Shown: positions 58,202-64,000 of the stretch, piece by piece
How positions within the stretch are numbered: the stretch's first letter is position 1
How the letters are laid out: each line of letters starts with the position of its first letter
Assembly: GCA_016789605.1 (NCBI GenBank)
Contig: JAEUQO010000097.1
Location: 776-64,775, forward strand
Reading direction: 5' to 3'
Source of the DNA: Acidobacteriota bacterium
Lineage (GTDB): Bacteria; Acidobacteriota; Blastocatellia; RBC074
Length of the DNA: 64,000 nucleotides
Notes under the pieces: model-generated
What the model saw: only the letters and a program-made list of their open reading frames with translations
The model's database searches: none
What the model was told of the DNA's origin: nothing
Position numbers and translations under genes: made by a program

Positions 58202-60973
58202 ATGAGTTCCTGGCTCGAAACCTTTGATTCATGGGCGCGTCTGTGGCTCGAAGCCCTGCTCAATAGTCTGTGGCAAGGTTTGCTCATTGCCGTGCTGGTC
58301 TGGTTGTTGTTGCGCGTGCTGAAACAGGCCAGCGCCACGACACGGCACGCCGTCTGGCTGGTGACGTTGCTGACTATCGGAGCGCTGCCGTTTATCGCAT
58401 TGGCCGCCAAACAGACGCCGACACAAACGCCCAGTCAAATCCGCCAGCCAGTGCGACAGATAACAACACCGACGGTCAATCGTCCGGCAATGCAACCCAG
58501 TGCGTCGGTAAATCTGGCTGCACCATGGCAAACAACGCCGCTGGTGACGCAATCAGCATCTGGACCGGCACAAGCCGCGCCCTCATTGGCGCAACCACAC
58601 GCGACGACGCCGACCATACAGGCCGGGCAAAATCGGTTTTTGCTGGTAGAACAACTGACACGGTTGAATTCGCCTGTCAGGCAAGCGCCAGAAAAACTCG
58701 ACCTCAACAACGCTCCAACGGCGCAAACAGAACCCGTGGCGCTGGCGCTAAGCCCGTCGCGCAACACGCAATCGTCGTGGGCGCGGCAAATGCTCAATTC
58801 TGTTTTGGGCGGCGTGTTGCCCGCGTTGCTGGTAAGTCTGTGGCTGATCGGCAGCGGTTTAATGCTCTGGCGCATTGCGCGCAGCTACCAATCGCTGTTC
58901 CGTCTGCGCCGTCATTTCGGGCCGGTGCCGCACGCCCAGCAAGAACGAATGCAACAACTGGCGGAAAGCTTTGGCATCAAACGCCGCGTGCGTTTGTTTA
59001 CTTCGCACCGTATTTCAGTGCCGATGACGCTGGGTTCTTTCCGGCCAGTGATTGTGCTGCCGCCGGATTTGTCACAGACGTTGGCAACGACGGAATTTGA
59101 CAGCGTGATCGCGCACGAATTGGCTCACATCAAACGTTGGGATTACCTGACCAATCTCCTGCAACGGCTGGTACACGCGCTGTTGTTCTTTCATCCGGCC
59201 ATCTGGTTTATCGGCCAGCAATTGCTCATCGAACGCGAATTGGCCTGTGATGATTGGGCAGTGAAAACCTGTGAACCGCGCCGTTACGCCAGTTGTCTGA
59301 CCAAACTGGTTGAAATCCTGCAAGACACGAAACCGCAAATCCGAGTGCGGCTGGCGGCTGCCGGCATGCTCTTTGGAAAACACGTCATCTCAAGGAGGGT
59401 AGAAATGATTCTCAACCGCGACCGTAACGCGACAACAGCTGTCTCAAAAGCCACGTTGGCATACGCCATCGGCCTGGCCGTCCTGTTTGTCGCTTTTTGC
59501 AGCACGCTTTCGCCGGTGATCGCCGTTCCGCTGGGCCAAAAACCCGCCAAAGCGCCGGCCAAGAAAGAAACCAAAGCACCAGCAACGCCCGTGGCGAAAT
59601 CTGCTGAATTGCCACCGCTGCCCGCAGAAGCGCCATCCGCGCCCGCTTTGCTCGATGAATTTCCCCCGCCCGCGTTGGCCGAGCAATTGGATGTCACCGA
59701 ACCGATGGAATTAACCGTGGCTCCGGCGGCGATTGCGCCAACCGCTGAGGTGAATTTGCTTTCGCTCGCTGGCTCAGCCGCGTTGGCGCAATCACCTGCG
59801 GATGTGTCTTGGGGACAAACCCCATTGGCAGTGACCGTTCCGGCTTCTCCCACAGCGCCCTTGGCGCCACTTGCCACGACCAACAACATCTATGGCTGGG
59901 CAGAACAAGACAGCCGCAAGACGACGCCCGCCATTCCTGAAGCGGAATTGCTGGGCCTGCTCAGCGACATCGTCAAGCGTGATGCTGATCCCAATGTGCG
60001 CAACGAAGCGTTGCAAGGCATTTATCGGTTGCGCAGCGAAGCCGCCGTCAATACGTTGCTTGGCCTGTATGACAGCGTCAGCGACACCAAAACCAAAGGC
60101 GACATCCTGAGCTATGTGCTGCGCCGCGACGGCGACAACAGCAAAGCGATTGCCAAATTGACCGCCATCGCCAAAAGCGAGCCGAACGAAGAATTGCGCA
60201 ACCGGGCCATTCGCGCGTTGGGCGGCGTGAAAGGCGATGAAGGCGCAAACAATCTGATCCAGATTTACGACGGTTTGCAGGACGCAAAAATGAAGCAGTA
60301 TGTCGTCCGCTCGTTGGCCTACAACAAAAGCCCGAAAGCCATCGAAAAACTGAAACAGATCGCCAAAAACGACAGCGACCCTGTCGTTCGCCAGTCGGCC
60401 ATTCGCAGCCTGTACAGCATTGATGGTCGCTTGTACGTAGATACGATTCCCGGCGCGCGCATCGGTCAGATTGATCCAAACTTCAATTTCAGCGCGCCGC
60501 GCTTGCTGGAATTCAACGGTCAGAACTTCCCGCTTGATAGCAAGAAATGGGAAGACCTGCAGAAGGATTGGCAGGAAAACTGGGAAAAGAATCAGGGCAA
60601 ATTCCGCGAGCTGATAGACAAACTGCGCATTGAAGACCTGGATAAGCTGCGTCTGGAAATGCCCCAAATCGAATTGCGCCTCAAGTCTCTGGAAGACGAA
60701 CTGCGCAGCGGTTTTGCCCGTCAGCAAAACAACGAACTGGAAGCCCAGTTGCGGTTGCGTATGGCCGAAACGGAAGCCAAGCTCGCCAACTTGCGCACGC
60801 AATACACCGAAACGCATCCGAAGGTTGCGGAAACGCGCGCGCTGATGGAAGTGCTCAAGAGTCAATTGGGCACGGTGCGCAACTTCCAATCGCGTACGAC
60901 CAGACCGACGAACATCCGCCGCGTCACGCCGACGCCGTCGCCGGCCAGAGTGGCCACCAACTCTTCGCTCTAA
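58202..60973 (+). CDS. BlaR1-like M56 metallopeptidase sensor with Pro/Ala linker, HEAT repeats and C-terminal coiled coil
   Basis: TM helices, HELAH at aa 305-309 (nt 59114-59128), DPNVRNEAL / DPVVRQSAI HEAT motifs, and the coiled-coil motif QYTETHPKV. Confidence 0.85.
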   Translation: MSSWLETFDSWARLWLEALLNSLWQGLLIAVLVWLLLRVLKQASATTRHAVWLVTLLTIGALPFIALAAKQTPTQTPSQIRQPVRQITTPTVNRPAMQPSASVNLAAPWQTTPLVTQSASGPAQAAPSLAQPHATTPTIQAGQNRFLLVEQLTRLNSPVRQAPEKLDLNNAPTAQTEPVALALSPSRNTQSSWARQMLNSVLGGVLPALLVSLWLIGSGLMLWRIARSYQSLFRLRRHFGPVPHAQQERMQQLAESFGIKRRVRLFTSHRISVPMTLGSFRPVIVLPPDLSQTLATTEFDSVIAHELAHIKRWDYLTNLLQRLVHALLFFHPAIWFIGQQLLIERELACDDWAVKTCEPRRYASCLTKLVEILQDTKPQIRVRLAAAGMLFGKHVISRRVEMILNRDRNATTAVSKATLAYAIGLAVLFVAFCSTLSPVIAVPLGQKPAKAPAKKETKAPATPVAKSAELPPLPAEAPSAPALLDEFPPPALAEQLDVTEPMELTVAPAAIAPTAEVNLLSLAGSAALAQSPADVSWGQTPLAVTVPASPTAPLAPLATTNNIYGWAEQDSRKTTPAIPEAELLGLLSDIVKRDADPNVRNEALQGIYRLRSEAAVNTLLGLYDSVSDTKTKGDILSYVLRRDGDNSKAIAKLTAIAKSEPNEELRNRAIRALGGVKGDEGANNLIQIYDGLQDAKMKQYVVRSLAYNKSPKAIEKLKQIAKNDSDPVVRQSAIRSLYSIDGRLYVDTIPGARIGQIDPNFNFSAPRLLEFNGQNFPLDSKKWEDLQKDWQENWEKNQGKFRELIDKLRIEDLDKLRLEMPQIELRLKSLEDELRSGFARQQNNELEAQLRLRMAETEAKLANLRTQYTETHPKVAETRALMEVLKSQLGTVRNFQSRTTRPTNIRRVTPTPSPARVATNSSL

Positions 60974-61001
60974 ACCAAAACAAATTACTTGTTTTTCTGT
61001 G

Positions 61002-61057
61002 CGCTCTAGCGGTCTCACAGCCAACGCGGTGAGACCGTCACAGAGCGTTTTCTTTTG
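61002..61057 (+). terminator. Intrinsic terminator after the BlaR1-like gene
   Basis: CGCTCT..GGTCTCAC-loop-GTGAGACC..AGAGCG followed by TTTTCTTTTG. Confidence 0.55.
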
Positions 61058-61085
61058 CGCGTAAGCGGAATGAAGGAGGGCAATA

Positions 61086-61925
61086 ATGACTCGCAAACTA
61101 TTTTTCGCGCTCGCGGTGACCCTGATCACGCTCGGTTGTGCGGCGACCCAAGCACAAGACAAACCCAAACGTGAATACACCAAAGCCGATTTCATCAATG
61201 TGGACGGCGGCAGTTTGAATGACAAACTCGACCGCGCCGTCAAACAGTTCAAAGCGGCACGTCAGGGAGAAACGGTTTGGCTGGCCTATCACTTTCCGGC
61301 ACGCGCGGGCACGTCGTATGGTCCGTTCACCGGAATGATCTATTACGACGAGGGCATCAAACTCGAACGCAAGGATGATCCGGCCTCCGCCGCGATTTTT
61401 TTACTGGCGGATGTCAGCGCCTCGTCAACGAAGTTCAGCAAAATTCGTACGTTGGATTTGCGCGAGCCGTACGTGTTTGAAGACCGGCAGGTGTATTGGC
61501 TGGGCGAGGTAGATGCCAATCAAAGCCTGGCGCAACTGGAATCCATCTTGCGCGCCGACAAGGAAAACAAAGACCTGGCGCGTAGCGGTTTGCGCGCCAT
61601 CGCCACCCACGACAGTTCGCGCGCCATCGCTTTGCTCAAGGAATACGCGACCAACGATGCGCGCGTTGACGTGCAGCGTTCGGCGATTGCCAATCTCGGG
61701 CGCGTGAAAACTGCAGAAAGCCTGGCGACGCTGATCGAGCTTTATGACAAAACCGCCAGCAATGAATTGAAAGAAGAAATCATCGGCGGTTTGGGGCGTA
61801 GCGATGACCGGCAAGCCAGCGACAAACTGCTTTCTATCGCGCGGAACGATCCTGATCCGAAAATGCGTCAACGCGCAGTTCGCCGTTTGTCGAGCGTGCG
61901 CGGCAACGTCGTCTGGAGCAATTGA
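61086..61925 (+). CDS. Secreted HEAT-repeat protein
   Basis: Signal peptide MTRKLFFALAVTLITLGCAATQA and HEAT motifs (DARVDVQRSAIANL, DPDPKMRQRAVRRL). GAAGGAGG RBS. Confidence 0.7.
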   Translation: MTRKLFFALAVTLITLGCAATQAQDKPKREYTKADFINVDGGSLNDKLDRAVKQFKAARQGETVWLAYHFPARAGTSYGPFTGMIYYDEGIKLERKDDPASAAIFLLADVSASSTKFSKIRTLDLREPYVFEDRQVYWLGEVDANQSLAQLESILRADKENKDLARSGLRAIATHDSSRAIALLKEYATNDARVDVQRSAIANLGRVKTAESLATLIELYDKTASNELKEEIIGGLGRSDDRQASDKLLSIARNDPDPKMRQRAVRRLSSVRGNVVWSN

Positions 61926-61947
61926 CTTTCCTTATGTCCCCAAAAGC

Positions 61948-61990
61948 AAACGGCAAAAGTGCACTTGCGAGATCAGCACTTTTGCCGTTT
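61948..61990. terminator. Bidirectional intrinsic terminator
   Basis: AAACGGCAAAAGTGC-loop-GCACTTTTGCCGTTT between convergent genes. Confidence 0.65.
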
Positions 61991-62014
61991 GTCATTTGCC
62001 GTCAGCGAACGGGA

Positions 62015-62710
62015 TTACTTCTTGCGCCGCGAATATTTCATCAGCGTGTTCGGAAAGACCTTGACGGTCGCCGGAGCCGCTTTTTGACCTTTCAGCACCG
62101 CTTCTGCCGCCACGCCCTCGCCATACGCGCCTTTCATGTCGCTTTCGTCCAACGAAATGACCGTGCCTTTCAATTCCAACCCGGCAAACAGTCCTTTGCT
62201 GCGCGAATACGACAAAATCTGCGCGTTGAGTTGTAAATCGGTAGAGGCGCCAGCCTCGCGTCCAACCGGGCCTGCGGCCACCGAAGCGTCGCCGCCCATT
62301 TCAAATTTGTTTTTGAGCAAGCTGGTCATGCCATTGTCATTCATAAACAACAACACGAAGTCGGTCGCCTGAGCGCCGATTTGCAAACCAAAGCTGCCGC
62401 CTTTCATATTGAAATAAGCGGGAGCGCTCCAACCGGCGCGCGTGCGGCAACTGGCAACGCCGCGTCCGCCGCGTCCGCCGATGACAAATCCGGCCTTGAT
62501 CACTTGCGGAAAGACGGCGACGCAAACGGCTTTATCGAGCACTGTCGAAGGAATGGCTTTGTCAGGTGTCCCCATAATCTCGTTGAACACTTTCGCTGCT
62601 TTGGCTGCCTGGCTGGCGGCATCGTCGCTGTCTTTCGCCACACCAACCACACCCAGCATCAACGAAAGACACAACACACCGATCAGAGCATTGAGCATTC
62701 TGAACTTCAT
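62015..62710 (-). CDS. SYLF/Ysc84-like (DUF500) lipid-binding domain protein, secreted
   Basis: Start trimmed to MKFRMLNALIG after GGAGGAGAT. VCVAVFPQVIKAGFVIGGRGGRG and GGSFGLQIGAQATDFVLLFMN motifs. Confidence 0.8.
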   Translation of the reverse strand: MKFRMLNALIGVLCLSLMLGVVGVAKDSDDAASQAAKAAKVFNEIMGTPDKAIPSTVLDKAVCVAVFPQVIKAGFVIGGRGGRGVASCRTRAGWSAPAYFNMKGGSFGLQIGAQATDFVLLFMNDNGMTSLLKNKFEMGGDASVAAGPVGREAGASTDLQLNAQILSYSRSKGLFAGLELKGTVISLDESDMKGAYGEGVAAEAVLKGQKAAPATVKVFPNTLMKYSRRKK

Positions 62711-62877
62711 ATCTCCTCCAAAATTGAAAATCCGAAACGTTATTGATTCGCTATTTACTGTGTGGGGAAAGCAACGCCGGGATTTTCGCAGATGGCCATC
62801 GGCAAGTAAATGCAGCCCACAGCGTTTGCGGCGACAAGGCAATTGCGCGTGAAAAAACAGCGCCAGCGGACGCCAGG

Positions 62878-63189
62878 TCATTTTTTCCGAGGCGCGCGTT
62901 GTTGTGCTTTTTTCAGCGTCTCGGCATCTGGCTGGGGAATCACGCCAAAGCAGCGATATTGGTCTTCGTTCAACCGAAAAACGAATTTGCTCTCAGTCAC
63001 GCCTGGCGAAGCGTTCGGAAGTTGATGATCTGTAACACTGAGAAGCTCAGCCTTTCCCTGCGAGGTGTCAGCAGAAGCGATAGCTGCTGTTTGTTTTTCG
63101 GCGGCAGGCGATGTGCGTGACGGCTGTTGCGCGACTGCCACCGCACTCAAAAACAGCAAACAAAACAAACTTGAAAAAAGGGATTTCAT
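62878..63189 (-). CDS. Small secreted hypothetical protein
   Basis: Start trimmed to MKSLFSSLFCLLFLSAVAVAQ (signal peptide). The stop overlaps the longest upstream extension of the next ORF. No recognisable domain. Confidence 0.45.
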   Translation of the reverse strand: MKSLFSSLFCLLFLSAVAVAQQPSRTSPAAEKQTAAIASADTSQGKAELLSVTDHQLPNASPGVTESKFVFRLNEDQYRCFGVIPQPDAETLKKAQQRAPRKK

Positions 63190-63343
63190 GATTTTTCTCC
63201 TGACGCAAAAAGTTGGTGCTGAAGCTAACCATTTTTTGAACGCCTGCTCAGTCAGAACTTGCGCGACGTGAACGGTGAAAATGCCATCAGCCCGGAAAAC
63301 GGCAGGCCAAATGACCCGCCGTATATTCTGGCGTTCCTGATTC

Positions 63344-64000
63344 TCAAGAAGCGTGTTCGCGTTGATAGGCGACAACGCCCGCGCGAATTGTGTGCGACAC
63401 CGAAAAATCTGCGTCCAGTACCGCGAGGTCAGCATCCTTGCCGACTTCCAGCGAACCTTTGCGCGCCGCAACACCGCAAGCTTCGGCGGGCAACCACGAA
63501 GCGGTGTATGCCAAATCCACCAAACTCATCCTGGCAAAGCGCCTGGCATTGGCGAGCGCCCCATTCATCGTCAACACCGAACCGGCAATCGTCACGCCAT
63601 CCAACAGCGTACACAACGGACCGCGCACCTGAATCTGAAAATCGCCGAGCGTATAGGTGCCATCGCCGACGCCCTGCGCTGCCGTCGCATCGGTCACCAG
63701 CACGATGCCGTCGCGGCCTTTGGCCTTCCAGGCGAGTTCGACCATTTGCGGATGCACGTGTACGCCGTCGCAAATCAATTCCGCCTTGATGCCGGGTTCA
63801 TTCAACACGGCGGCTGCCAATCCCGGTTTGCGGTGATGCACGCCTGACATTGCGTTGTACAAATGCGTAGCCCGCGTCGCCCCCGCATCAATCGCCGCCA
63901 ACGCCGTGTCGTAATCCGCATCGGAATGCCCCACCGAAGCAATCACGCCTTCCGTACGCAACCAGCGAATCATTTCCAGGCTGCCGGGCAATTCGGGCGC
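63344..64000 (-). CDS. nagA: N-acetylglucosamine-6-phosphate deacetylase, C-terminal part (5' end outside the window)
   Basis: [30 protein letters not shown] and ICDGVHVHP motifs. The frame is open to the window edge. Confidence 0.88.
   Translation of the reverse strand, partial: APELPGSLEMIRWLRTEGVIASVGHSDADYDTALAAIDAGATRATHLYNAMSGVHHRKPGLAAAVLNEPGIKAELICDGVHVHPQMVELAWKAKGRDGIVLVTDATAAQGVGDGTYTLGDFQIQVRGPLCTLLDGVTIAGSVLTMNGALANARRFARMSLVDLAYTASWLPAEACGVAARKGSLEVGKDADLAVLDADFSVSHTIRAGVVAYQREHAS

Noticed and set aside
59792-61252. 486-aa minus-strand ORF spanning the 3' half of the BlaR1-like gene, the intergenic terminator and the start of the HEAT gene. Also the 276-aa out-of-frame ORF at 58270-59100.
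   Set aside because: The first crosses a strong plus-strand terminator and two supported CDSs, and its translation is low complexity (RRRRRR, QFQF repeats). The plus-strand genes have RBSs, signal/TM features and HEAT/HExxH motifs.

Overview
This is a 64-kb chromosomal segment, by eye about 55-58% GC, with roughly 50 protein-coding genes. I saw no rRNA, tRNA, CRISPR array, transposase or integrase. The gene content suggests Acidobacteriota; this is an inference from family content, not a database hit. Supporting families are an ADOP-type duplicated FtsX permease, a TIGR03437-type C-terminal domain protein, DUF3857/transglutaminase pairs, an orphan DUF1501, ECF sigma factors next to a Ser/Thr kinase, and BlaI/BlaR1 with HEAT repeats.

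Housekeeping blocks:
- hppA (3' part), alkB-like, then an acyl-CoA synthetase, thioesterase, rsmD and coaD run with ATGA-type start/stop overlaps
- an aminotransferase, a photolyase-family flavoprotein and a pseudouridine synthase
- ilvA, mutS, and a lysine riboswitch with terminator upstream of lysC-dapB-dapA
- an MreB paralogue and nagA (3' part)

Accessory blocks:
- a Wzz/ExeA-like/BY-kinase/glycosylphosphotransferase/Wza exopolysaccharide locus
- a kynurenine-pathway cluster (kynA-HAD-kynU)
- two ECF sigma modules arranged divergently
- a BlaI/BlaR1-HEAT module

The most interesting region is 31.7-38.0 kb. It holds a TIGR02999/ECF43-like sigma factor, then a soluble Ser/Thr kinase fused to a P-loop NTPase module that looks AAA_35/STAND-like. 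Next comes a gene whose N-terminus is a clear paralogue of that NTPase module, followed by one TM helix and 14 WD40 blades. I read this as a candidate three-component signalling or conflict system in which sensor and kinase are coupled through paralogous NTPase domains.

Secondary leads:
- an ECF sigma factor paired with a zinc-ribbon/TM/pseudopilin-domain protein
- a promoter, roughly 280-nt leader and intrinsic terminator directly upstream of an HNH gene
- a stand-alone Pnkp-type polynucleotide kinase
- an ABC ATPase with no permease

All family assignments come from reading motifs in the translations. No searches were run.
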